In this document: one piece after another, positions 48,587 through 60,392 of the stretch
Layout: every line of letters begins with the position of its first letter
Numbering within the stretch: the first letter of the stretch is position 1
Assembly (NCBI GenBank): GCA_964016885.1
Contig: OZ024747.1
Span: forward strand, 49,352,001 to 49,416,000
From: Eledone cirrhosa
Lineage: Eukaryota
DNA: 64,000 bases
Direction of reading: 5' to 3'
Position numbers and translations under genes: made by a program
The notes under the pieces: generated by a model
Database searches by the model: none
What the model was told of the DNA's origin: nothing
The model's input: only the letters and a program-made list of their open reading frames with translations

Positions 48587-49705
48587 ATCATCATCATCAT
48601 CATCGTTTAATGTTTATCTTCCACGCTAGCATGGGTTAGACGAGTTTGTCCCATTTGAGGCAATTTGGGTCGGGTGACCGTGTCTCGCTCATATAGTACT
48701 ATTTTGAGCCTGTTTTCTACAGCTGGATGCCCTTCCTAAGGCCAACCTCATTTACAGTGTGTGCTGGGTGCTTTTTGCCGTGTCTCCTACACAACCACTT
48801 TACAGTGTGGGCTGGGTGTTTTGTGATACTAACATAACTTAAGAGTGAGGGTGGTGTGGGCAGAAGTGGGAAGGGGGTGTGGGGGTGTATATTGGATTAA
48901 GAGGAGCCTACTGTTTCTAAGTTTAAGTCCGTGTGCAAGGGAAGGTGGGTCTTCTGTATTACTGCATAAGATCTCTCTATATATACATTATATATATATA
49001 TAACACACACGCACATATGCCAAAGATCTCAAACACACACACACAGATACATATGCCAAAGATCTCCATCCTGTGTCTTAGAGAGGTGCAAGTGTGCAAA
49101 GTCAGCTTTTATCACCTCATCCCAGGACTTGCTGGGTTTTCCTACTGCGTAACTTCCATCAATTTTTTTAATATAGCTGTCGTCCTTCATATGCATTACC
49201 ATACCAATGTAATCTCTTCAAGTAAACTACATCTGATCCCTCTTATGCCTAATTTCTCACTTAGTAATATACTCAAACAGCAAAGTGTAAATGAACTATT
49301 ACACATCCATTGGATCATGCATGCGTCATTTCTTTCCAATCTGCTCAGATCCTTTGCACACAATGCCCAGGTCTCACTGCCATGTAACATTGTTGTTCGT
49401 ATATAAGCATTGTACAATCTGCCTTTCATTTTTAGAGAGAAACCTTTTGTGGTCAACAGAGGTATTAGCTCTCTGAACTTTTTTCATCCCGTTCTTTCTC
49501 TGGCTACTGTACTTTCAGAACACCCTCCACCACTGCTGATTTTGTCACCCAGGTAATGGAGAGTGTCTACTATTTCTATAGAGCCATCTGGGCAGTTGAA
49601 GGTGCTAGTATCCAGTGGGCGCTTGCTACTTACTTCATCTGAGCATTGGCTACATATAAAACCTACGTTCTTTGATAGCCTGCCTGTGATCCCACTACAT
49701 CCCAC
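48587..49705 (-). mobile_element. Decayed RTE LINE 3' part
   Basis: (atc)n tail at 48587, RTE 3' UTR, GFSLKMKGRLY..HGSETW, LGDKISSGGGCSES. Confidence 0.88.
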
Positions 49706-49727
49706 TATATATATATATATATATATA

Positions 49728-49860
49728 GTGAAGGCGTGTGGCTGAGTGGTTAGAGAATTGGATTCGCAATCGTGAGGTTGTGAGTTCGATTCCCGGACCG
49801 GGCGATGCGTTATGTCCTTGAGCAAGACACTTTATTTCACGTTGCTCCTTCTACCTGGAG
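49728..49860 (+). mobile_element. tRNA-derived SINE family 2
   Basis: ggcgtgtggctgagtggttaga ... gagttcgattccc (A and B boxes) then gtccttgagcaagacact. Confidence 0.8.
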
Positions 49861-49947
49861 TTGCGACCGATAGATAGTATTAGCAATTGGAAAGACCAAT
49901 GGAAACATTGTTTCCTCGGTCCGATTTGACGAATGTCGATCGTTCCT

Positions 49948-50008
<61 letters not shown>

Positions 50009-50264
50009 CAAAAGGCAAACAGAAATAAAAAAAACAAATGACATGGTACAATGAAGAAATATATTAGTTTTATGCTTTTTATAGTAAGAAAAGAGTCTTA
50101 ATGTGTTATAAAATGAGAGATATTCTTAGTATATCAAATATTTCCTGACATAAAATGAAACATTTAAATTATTTTTTTTTCATCACATTTTTATGTTCCT
50201 TATTTGGTTATTGACCTTAAATATTCTGTAAAACATCAGTAAAAGTCATTTCTTTGATGTTTAG

Positions 50265-50333
50265 ATTGATGAAATTGAAGAATCATTTTGCCAACCTCTC
50301 AAAGAATATATGTTGTATACAGAAGCTGTAAAG
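50265..50333 (+). CDS. SNX30: SNX30/7-like exon F (BAR)
   Basis: gtttag|ATT ... AAG|gtgagt; 69 nt; IDEIEESFCQPLKEYMLYTEAVK (LxEYxLY motif). Follows a 23.9 kb intron. Confidence 0.9.
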
Positions 50334-50704
50334 GTGAGTAGAGCCCAGAAGTTTACTTTCTAAAATTTTATTTCCTTACCCATCAGTAACACATTTCTGT
50401 ATCAAGTTTAGAATATGTACCCTGTATCCCTGCATATTAGAGGGTGACTAAAAGGCTTAGCCCAAGAAAGGGCATCCTTTCATCAATTTCCTTTCTACAT
50501 CCACTTTTCCATGCTGGCATCAGTTGAACAAGATGATTAGAAACATGACCTGGTTGAATAATTGCATTGTGTGCATACATTCCATATTTTTGGTATGGTT
50601 TTTACGACTGGGTGCATTTTGTCATGACTTCAGCATTACCATGTTATAGTGTGTACTGGGTACATTTTATTGAGGCACCAGCACTACCACTTTCTAAAGT
50701 GTAC

Positions 50705-50895
50705 TGGGTGGGTGCATTTTATCATGACACCAGCACAAGTGTTGGATGCATTTTATCATGACACCAGCACAAGAGTGTTGGATGCATTTTATCATGACAC
50801 CAGCACAAGTGTTGGATGCATTTTATCATGACACCAGCACAAGTGTTGGATGCATTTTATCATGACACCAGCAAAAGAGTGTTGGGTGCATTTTT
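50705..50895. repeat. 34-36-bp tandem repeat (about 5 copies) within an RTE 3' UTR relic
   Basis: Unit ttggatgcattttatcatgacaccagcacaagtg; an RTE-like tail (ccacttttccatgctggcat) lies at about 50500. Confidence 0.8.
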
Positions 50896-51304
50896 TTATC
50901 ACCAAATATTTTTCCAAACATCAAGTCAATGCAACACATATTATTTATGATTCAAAATTAAAGTTTAAATACCTTCAGAGAAAAAGTATAGAAATAAATA
51001 AGGAAAAGTGAAATGAAATCTACAGCAGGCCTCCTACTTTACATCTCATGTTTCTTTGGTGTTTTAATGATAGGAACACCAGTTCTCTCATGTTGTTGGT
51101 TCAGCTCACACCTATGCAAGTTTAGTTGGCCTCCTACAAGATTGCATCTCATAGGTTTCTTTGGTGTTTTAATGATACTCCTATGATAGAAAACATGAAA
51201 TGGTCTTTCTCAAGATCACAATCCACTGTTGGAATTTAACACCTGATCCAATAATAAAATATATTTATGAAATAAAAAGGCGAACTGTTGTTTGTGTATT
51301 GTAG

Positions 51305-51391
51305 GCAGTCTTACGTCGTCGTGATGCTATCCAAGCAGAGTATGATTGGACTATAGATGAACTTGATAAGAAAAAAGATGAAAGGGAACAG
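51305..51391 (+). CDS. SNX30: SNX30/7-like exon G (BAR)
   Basis: ttgtag|GCA ... CAG|gtatat; 87 nt; AVLRRRDAIQAEYDWTIDELDKKKDEREQ (VL++RDxxQAEY). Confidence 0.9.
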
Positions 51392-51499
51392 GTATATATA
51401 TATTATATTGACTGTGTTTTTTTGTGCTTGCATGTTTGTGTTTGTGTGTCAATTGATGGCGTAGAATATATGGGGATGGTGGGACTAAAAACATTTCAA

Positions 51500-51569
<70 letters not shown>

Positions 51570-51699
51570 TGCGTGCGTGTGTGCGTGTGTGTGAGAGAGA
51601 GGGGTCTATTAGGATTATTTCAATTCTTCCTCTAAAAAGAGTTGGTTTCTAACACACAAAGCACCATCATTAGAATTTGGATGCCTGAACTGATGTCGC

Positions 51700-53269
51700 T
51701 CGAAGTGTTACATATTTCAATTGTTCCACTTACAGATTGACTCTATCATTGCTGTGTGCCATGTATGCTACTCCAGAACAGAGGCAAACTGCCAGTGTCA
51801 TTCCTCTGTTCAAAAATGGTGACCGCACATCACCTGTGAACTATCATCCAGTCAATCTTACTAGCTGCATTGCCAAACTGATGGAATCCTGTGTCAGAGA
51901 AACGCTTTGGAACTTCTGGAACTCTGTCTTATCTGGCCCTCGCAATTTGGATTTATCCCTAACTCCAGCTGCTGTGATCAACTTATAGAGTTTCTTGAAG
52001 ACATCACCCGAATCACTGATGGCGGGTCATGGGTGGATGTTGTTTACCTTGACTTTGCTAAAGCTTTGAATTCTGTGCCACACAAAAGACTTATGGCAAA
52101 ACTCTCTGCAATGGATATGAAGGATGATCTTTTTAACTGGTTGAAGTCCTTCATTCTCAGTCGAAGAGAGGTAGTCAGGGTTCTAGGACAGCATTCCTCA
52201 CCATATGAGATGTCATCTGGTGTACCACAGGGATCTGTTCTTGGCCCCCTTTTGTTTGTGGCATATATTAATGACATAGATGCCAACTTGGAGAATGCCA
52301 CAGTACTGAAATATGCAGATGACATCAAGCTGTACCTTGAGATAAAAAGGACAGATCCTGAACACTGGATCTTGCCTGCAATCTGACCTGGACATAATGC
52401 AACAATGGATCACAGACTGGCAACTCAAGCTAGCTGTGGACAAGTCTACCACCATGCATTTTCAGAGTAAAAACCCAGCGTCAACATACTCCCTCCACAA
52501 CACTAATATCAAGAAGTCTTCTTGTGAACGTGACCTGAGCCTTACGGTCAGCAGCTATTTGCATTGGACGAAGCACATCTCTAAAATTGTCAAGAAGGCC
52601 GAGGGTATCTTAGCATCACTCAGCAAGACCTTTGTCAGCCACTCTCCAGCTATCTATGTAAAGCTGTATATAGCTATGGTGTGGCAACACTTAGAATTTG
52701 CATCACCAGTCTGGAACCCCTATCTTGCTCAGAACATTGACCGCCTGGAAACTGTTCAGAGACGTGCAACCAAGCGAATGCCCTCCATCAGGCATCTACC
52801 ATACTCTGAACGCCTTGCTTCTCTGGGCATGGATTCATTGAAGCTCCAACGTCTGACAACTGACTTGGTAAACACCCACAAAATTATTAACCATCTTGCC
52901 AACAACAACCCTGAGTACCTTTTTGATTTCCATGTGTCTAACACACATGGGCATGCCCACAAAGTCAGAAAACAGCCCAGTTCCCATGACTTTCGGAAAC
53001 ATTTTTTTACGCTCAGAGTTGCTGAAGCATGGAATAAACTACCTGCATCAGTTGTTAGCTGTCGAGGCACTGTATCATTTAAAACCTCCATGCTTCCTGA
53101 GATTCGCCAACACTACACCTAATTTCTGCCTCCATACACATGTATATCATGACTCGTACACTATTCACTTCCCTGACATTTGTATATTATTCTATGTACT
53201 ATACATGCACCTTTGACGAGTTGTAGTGCACCTGAGCACTGTACACAATAATTTCATTATTATTATTAT
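51700..53269 (+). mobile_element. CR1-group LINE, 5'-truncated and frameshifted, (ATT)n tail
   Basis: VIPLFKNGD, YLDFAKA, SGVPQGSVLGPLLF, YADD, LEFASPVWNP, LETVQRRATK, FFTLRVAEAWNKLP. Left edge approximate. Confidence 0.92.
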
Positions 53270-53650
53270 ATACATATATCTATATGTATGTATAATGTAT
53301 ATATATATATTATATATATATATGTGTGTGTGTGTGTATATATATATATGTATGTGTATATAGATATATGTATGTGTATATAGATATATGTATGTGTATA
53401 TACATGTGTGTATATGTATATATATGTGTATGTGTGTGTATATATGTGTGTGCGTGTATGTATGTATATATATATGTATGTATGTATGTATATATATGTA
53501 TGTATGTATGTATATATATATATGTATGTATGTGTATATATATATGTATGTATGTGTATATATATATGTATGTATGTGTATATATATATGTATGTATGTG
53601 TATATATATATGTATGAATAATGTATATATATATATATGTATATATATAT
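53270..53650. repeat. (TA)/(TG)/(TATG) compound microsatellite
   Basis: Read directly. Confidence 0.95.
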
Positions 53651-53652
53651 TT

Positions 53653-55500
53653 AGAGGGCAGAGAGAGATATCAGGGCCATAGAAAATATTAAAACAAACC
53701 CTAAGGCCTAACACCAACACACATTTTCGACACTTCATGACACACATAATCACACCACACACATAATTATACACATGACTGTAATACAAACTATATGTCA
53801 TATGTTTGTCCTGGAGAAAAAGTCCAAGTGACATAAAAATCTTTCTCCCAGAGACAAGAAAATCCTTGAGAGATGAAGAACTAAGCTCTCAAACCAGGTG
53901 AAGGCACAACAACAAAAACACAAAAAGAAACAAGAAGGAATCCTATCTGAAACTTGCACTACTTGAAATTAAAACTGCATTGAAACTTTCCTATGAAAAG
54001 GAGAGGGCAGAGAGAGAAGCCAGGGCCATAGAAAATATTAAAACAAACCCTTCTTTAAATTTGCAAAAGAGACTGCCTCGGTACACTGCAAGATTGGGCC
54101 ACTCTTCCATAAAGATTGTTCATTAACTGAGGATCCCCAAGGGATAAGTGAAATACTGAATGAACAGTACAAAAATGTGTTTGCACCTCCACTGAGGCAC
54201 AATACAAATAACAAAGCCAGAGGATTTCTTTGATGCCACAACACTCCATGAAGAAACGGCGACCATCAATCACATAGACATAAGGGAGGAAGATGAGGTA
54301 TCCGCCATAGGCGAAATTAGAACAATCTCAGCTGCTGGACCTGATGGATTCCCAGCAGTCCTCCTAAAATCATGTAAGCATGCCTTATCAAGTCCACTGA
54401 CAACCCTCTTCATAAGTTCCTTGGCTGCCGGTAAACTACCCAGAGAGCTAAAAGGCACAATATACCCTATCCATAAAGGAGGAAGCAGAGCAGAGTGGAG
54501 GCCAAAAACTATAGGCCAGTCTCCCTGACGTCACATATTAGTAAAGTCATGAAGCGAATCATCAGAAAGAAACTGATCAGATTCCTCGAGGAAAATTACT
54601 GCCTGACTAGCATTCAGCATGGCTTTCGCCCAGGAAGAAGCTGCCTTACATAGCTGTTACAACACTATGACTGGGTACTGAAACAACTGCTGGACAGCTC
54701 ACATGTGGACGTGATATATCTTGACTTTTCGAAGGCTTTTGACAAGGTCAACCACGGAATTATATGTCACAAACTACACACTCGGCATAACTGGAAAAGT
54801 AGGTGAGTGGCTGCATCACTTCTTAAAAGACAAGCCAGACAGTTGCAGCAAATGGGACCCTCTCAAAGGAAACATTAATAACAGGTGGGGTGCCCCAGAT
54901 CATAGTCTTGGGACCACTACTGTTTTTTGTTGGCTCTCTGACATGCCCTCTATAGTACATACAACATCCCTCACTAGCTATGCTGATGACACAAAGGTAG
55001 CACAGGTAATGAAAAAGAGTTGAGCTACTGGGAGAGGCTAAAAGAACTGAAACTCTACTCCTTGGAACGAAGACGGGAGAGATACGCAGTGATCTACATA
55101 TGGAAAATCCTTGAGGGACTAGCACCAAACTTTGGCATTGGGAGCTGGACCAACCCCCAAACAGGACGTCACTGTGTGGTACCAAAGGTCCCGTTTTCCA
55201 CATCTAGAATAAGGAGCAGATATTGCAATAGCTTGGGGTTCAAAGGCCCTCAACTCTTCAACAAGCTGCCAAGAAATTTGAGAGATCTGCATGGTGTGGA
55301 TGTTTTCAAGAAACATCTCGACACCTTGCTATCCAGGATCCCGGATGAGCCCACAGCACGGTACGAAGGTAACCTAAGGGCAACAGCAACGAACTCCCTC
55401 TTACACCAATGGCCAGCCAACACAGGTTGGAGATAGAATGTGTAGCAACAAGGGTGGTGCCCCCAGCATGGCCTCAGCTGGAGGGCTGGAACAGGTAAAA
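53653..55500 (+). mobile_element. Second CR1-group LINE, decayed with an internal deletion
   Basis: Broken frames: AAGPDGFP, NYRPVSLTSHI, QHGFRPGRSC, YADDTK, LYSLERRRERY, GPQLFNKLP. A ~48-bp segment is duplicated at 53654 and 54003. Confidence 0.88.
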
Positions 55501-56053
55501 GATATATATATATGAGAAAGAGAAAGAGAAAGAGAGAGAGAGAGAGAGAGAAGGTGAAGTTGGAAATAGCATGGAAAATATATTTTAGGGTCTGTTTTTC
55601 TATTTTTTCCTTTCTTTGATTCGTCAAAGTGACATTATTGAAAAAAATGAGAGGGACATTCTTTTAAAAAAGAGTTTTATAAAGTATATAACGTATAACC
55701 GGTGTCAATGTATTAAGATTCATCTTACCAAATGTTGAGTATTACAATTAAAAAGAATTGATAAGAATTAAAAACTAAAAATTAAAGATTTAAAATTAAG
55801 AGGTAAGTTTTTTTTATCTTCCTTTCTGAGAAGGAGACTGGAGAATGAGCTCTTGCATATATATATATATATATATATATAGATATAGATAGGTAAATAT
55901 ACACGGGTGTGTATGATTGTGTATAGAAGATTATATTAATAAGAGGAATTCCAACTTTGTCTGATTTACTCGTTTTATTTACAATCCTTTAAAATATATA
56001 TAATGGTATTATAATGAAATAGTATGATAGAATATTAAATTCTAAGTGTTAAT

Positions 56054-56092
56054 TGAACAAGTACTTTCATGCTTTCGCAATCTTCAGGTTCA
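56054..56092 (-). ncRNA. Minimal type I hammerhead ribozyme (mirror copy)
   Basis: Exact reverse complement of 56165-56203. Confidence 0.8.
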
Positions 56093-56164
56093 TGATATGT
56101 GGTGACAGTCGAGTTTGCAATTTTCACAGTTGAAAATTGCAAACTCGACTGTCACCACATATCA

Positions 56165-56203
56165 TGAACCTGAAGATTGCGAAAGCATGAAAGTACTTGT
56201 TCA
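56165..56203 (+). ncRNA. Minimal type I hammerhead ribozyme
   Basis: tgaac-CTGAAGA-ttgc(gaaa)gcat-GAAA-gtac-TT-gttca: stem I 5 bp, stem II with GNRA loop, palindromic stem III (aagtactt). Confidence 0.8.
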
Positions 56204-56320
56204 ATTAACACTTAGAATTTAATATTCTATCATACTATTTCATTATAATACCATTATATATATTTTAAAGGATTGTAAATAAAACGAGTAAATCAGACAA
56301 AGTTGGAATTCCTCTTATTA

Positions 56321-56390
<70 letters not shown>

Positions 56391-56411
56391 AGAGACAGAG
56401 AGAGAGAGACA

Positions 56412-56449
<38 letters not shown>

Positions 56450-58156
56450 TGTAGTCATGATAGTAGCAGTAGTGTTGGTAGTTGTTTCTTCACAGAACAA
56501 AATTGTTTTTTGGGGGCAAAGGAAATATTCTGTAAATATGTGTGTATATCTGATTGTGTTAATTGACTGGTCAAGAGTTCAAATGTGGATGGTGAGGGGG
56601 TGGTGGTATTTTAACCTAAAGACAAATTCTATGGCAACAGTAGGGTTGTAAAAGAAATTCTATTATTGGAATATGGTTTTAGGGAGTGTGTGTATAGTGT
56701 GAGGGTGTATATATATAAATACACACGTATGTGTGTGTGTGGGGGGGGGGGGTGCTTCAGCCTATCTGTCACAGGTCCCTTTGTGGTGGGAAATTTAAAA
56801 ACACAGCTGAGCATCAGTGGTGGCTTTCAATCAGGAATTTTTGGAAAATATATGAATGAGTAATTTTTCTCTCTTATTTTGTGGTGTGTGGGAGGGAGGA
56901 TCTAATAGGGGGGGGGGATTACATATTTAATGTTGGTTTAAATTTGTTAAATAGTTTTTCTATATTTATTCTTTGTTGTTGGGTGAAAGAATCAGAGCAC
57001 TTGTAAAGGGGGAAAATTTTAAAGTTGAGTAGGGACATTCCTGCACAATCTGCAATGTGGCTACTTAAGGGGATTTTTCTTGTTTACATCTCGGATTTGT
57101 TGGCGATGGATGGTCACTCTTGCGTAATGACACACCCGTCTGTCCTATATAGTTATGTCAACAGCCACCACATGTGATTACGTAGATTAAGTTCTCAGAG
57201 TTGCAAGTGAAGTTGTTTTTCACTGTGAAAGTTTGGCCATCTTTAAACGTGAATTTTTGTCCTTCAATTAAGTATAGGCATATGCTTCTGTCTGTTCTTC
57301 TGCATTTTGTTACCGTAAGGCTGGAGATTGGTTTGTGTATATTTGTTCCAGTGAGAATGTGTTTTAGTGATTTGGGTTGCCTTTTACTTTTAATGATCTT
57401 GTGCGTTTCTAGGATATTTTTTCATTTTTTTCATCTTTAAATAAAATGGGGAGGTCGGACATTTTGGTGTGGGGTTGAACGTGGATACATATGGTAAGGT
57501 ATTGTTTGTGGTTCTGTGATTTGGGTTTTTGGGTTGATGAAAATTTGCGTGTTTTATTCTGTCTATTCCATTATTAATTATGTCAAGTGGGGAGGCTCTT
57601 AAGGTAAGTGTATTTTTTAGTTCATTTAGTCTTTGTTCCCGTTTAGTGGGTCTGATACAATGGTGCATATACGTTTGGCTAAATTAAAAGGAATGTTAAG
57701 TTTTGTATGTTTTGGGGGATTTGATGTGAAGAGGAGGTATTGTTTGGAGTCCGTGGGTTTATAAAAGATGTCTGTTTCTATTTTCCCATCTGTTTTTAAA
57801 ATAAGGATATCCAAGAAGGCTAATTCCTTGGAGTTGGATTCCATTGTGAATTGTATGTTATTGTTAATGTTGTTTATCATATTTTTGAAAAGAGTGAGTG
57901 TATTCATGTCTTCCTGCCATAGTATAAAGCAATCGTCTAGGCAACTGTTCCAATTATGTTTGAGATTTGTAAGGAAAGAGTCTCCGAATAACAGAAGGGA
58001 TTGGTTGTAGATTTGTTGTTTGTGGAATCTCATGACTAAGTTGGCTTATGTGGGGGCTACCTTTGTGCCCATTGCAGTACCTGAGATTTGTTGATATGTT
58101 GAATCATTGAAAGTAACAAAATTATTCTGTAAGATAAATCGGAGTCCATCAATAAT

Positions 58157-58351
58157 TCTTTCTACGTTTGGCACAAGGCCAGCAATTATCCCAGTGCATT
58201 ACTGATGCTTTACTTTATCGACCCCCGTAAGGATGAAAGGCAAAGTTAACCTCGGCGGGATTTGAACTCAGACCGTAAAGGGCCGTAACTCTATACCGCA
58301 AAGCATGGCGTCCGACCCTCTACCGATACTGCCAATTCACTGCCATCTACC
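58157..58351 (-). mobile_element. SINE family 1 nested in the Penelope RT
   Basis: 14-bp target duplication agtccatcaataat (58143-58156, 58352-58365). Confidence 0.9.
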
Positions 58352-59004
58352 AGTCCATCAATAATGAAGTTTTTGTTGATGTGCGTTGGTATTTCTGATT
58401 GGTGAGTGTCTAGCTAGTACTGGATTGCTGTTATTCCATAGTAATGGGGTATGTTAGTGTAAAGGTTTACTACTTCAAAGGAGACAAGAATTTCACTTAC
58501 TGTTTTGGGTAGGTGGTTCAGCATATCAAGGTCATCCCGTATGTAGCTCTGTATATGTTTTAGTAAGGACTTTAGTAGGATGTCCAGGAAGTTGCTAAGT
58601 CTGTGGGTTTCACATGCAGGGGCTGCTATAATTGGTTTGAGTTTTAAGTCTTCTGGTGGTGTTAATTGTATGTATTTGTTAGTCGAAGTGTCACATGCAT
58701 CGTTTATGAGTTTATGTATCTTCGGTAAGCCGTAGAAAGCACTTGTATTACCTTTGAAATGGCTTATGTATTCAAATTCTTTTGTGGTTAGGTTACTGCG
58801 ATATGTTTGTAGTAATGCCAGAAGATGCCCCATTGTTTTAGTTTGTTTGTAGTTTTCTGTTATTTCATAGTACCTGTTATCTAAGATTTTAAGTGCCAGG
58901 TCCCTATAGAAGTTAGTGTCCATAATGACCACAGTGATCCCTTTATCAGCTTCTTTGATGGTTATTTCAGTGTTATCTTGAAGTGTGAATAATTATTTCC
59001 ATAA

Positions 59005-60392
59005 TTTAGCGTACAGGTTGGGGTCCACCAGGGCTCTGTTCTTAGCCCTCTCCTGTTCATCATAGTCCTGCAGGCAATAACGGAGGAGTTTAAGACCGGA
59101 TGCCCATGGGAACTCCTGTATGCTGATGACCTCGCACTCATAGCTGAATCTATGGTAGAACTAGAGAATAAATTCCAAACCTGGAAGCAGGGACTAGAGA
59201 GAAAGGGCCTCAAAGTCAACATGACAAAGACTAAGGTCCTTATAAGTAGACGAGAAAACAGAACCCAGATCCCCTCAGGGAAATGGCCTTGCTCAGTATG
59301 TAGGAAAGGTGTAGGTAGGAACTCCATTCTTTGCCCCAAATGCAAACAATGGGTACACAAGAGATGTAGCGGGATCTCAGGAAGCTTAATTAAGAATGTA
59401 GGATTCACATGCAGCAGCTGTGCTGAAACAGCAAGCAAACAGCCACAGGAAACAAGTACCACCAATCTCTGGGAGGGCCCTGTAGAAACAGTAGACAGCT
59501 TCTGCTACCTAGGTGACCGAATTAGCAACGGAGGTGGGTGCTCAGAAAGTACAATAACTAGGGTAAGAACGGGATGGAAGAAGTTTAGGGAACTACTACC
59601 ACTGCTAGCTGCAAAAGGCTTCTCCCTCAGAATGAAAGGCAGACTGTATGATGCGTGTATCCGAACAGCGATGTTGCATGGTAGTGAGACCTGGGCGCTG
59701 AAGGTGGAAGACTTACGTAGATTAGAGAGAAACGAAGCCTGCATGCTCCGATGGATGTGTAACAGTAATATACGTGAACGACAAAGCATAAATGAATTGA
59801 GAGAGAGACTGAGCATAAGAGGAATCAAATGCTGCGTGCAGGAGAGGCGGTTACGCTGGTATGGACATGTGATGCGTATGAAGGATGACAGCTGCATAAA
59901 AAGGTGCAGAGCACTAGAAGTTGATGGAAACCGCGGAGTGGGGAGACCCAAGATGACTTGGGATGAGGTGATAAAAGCCGACCTTACCCAACTACACCTC
60001 TCAAAGTCAATGACACACGACCGTGACTTCTGGCGTCACGCAGTAATACAGGGTACCCGACCTCCCATGGGTACATGCTGAAGCATATAAACAATATGCC
60101 CCCCCCCCCCCCCCCCCCACCGCAAGGTGGTCGTGGAGGTGCCACGGCAAAAAAGCACCCAGCCCACACTGTAAAGTGGACGTGTAGGCGCCACGAAAAA
60201 GCACCCAGCACTCACTGTAAATGAGGTTGGTGTTAGGAAGGGCATCCAGCTGTAGAAATCAAGCCAGATCAGTTCCTGTATGAGCAAGGCATGGTCAGCC
60301 GACCAGACACTGCCCACAACAGGACAACCCGTCTAACCCATGCTAGCGTGGAAGAACGGACGTAAAACGGTGATGATGATGATGATGATGAT
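59005..60392 (+). mobile_element. Young 5'-truncated RTE LINE nested in the Penelope element
   Basis: Open frame GVHQGSVLSPLLF..YADD..C4HC3 finger..RLRWYGHV to stop at 60081; 3' UTR; (GAT)n tail. Confidence 0.95.

Larger units (their letters stand above)
55932..56325. repeat. Perfect palindrome, 195-bp arms, 4-nt spacer (cagt)
   Basis: Arms 55932-56126 and 56131-56325; no mismatch seen by eye. Confidence 0.95.

Noticed and set aside
49728-49800. tRNA gene
   Set aside because: The tRNA-like head continues into a SINE body shared with 14727; no proper acceptor stem or terminator.
55685-55730. Hammerhead for the large Penelope element (minus strand aagatga...gacaccggtt)
   Set aside because: Both core boxes are mutated and the stems are weak; too degenerate to call.
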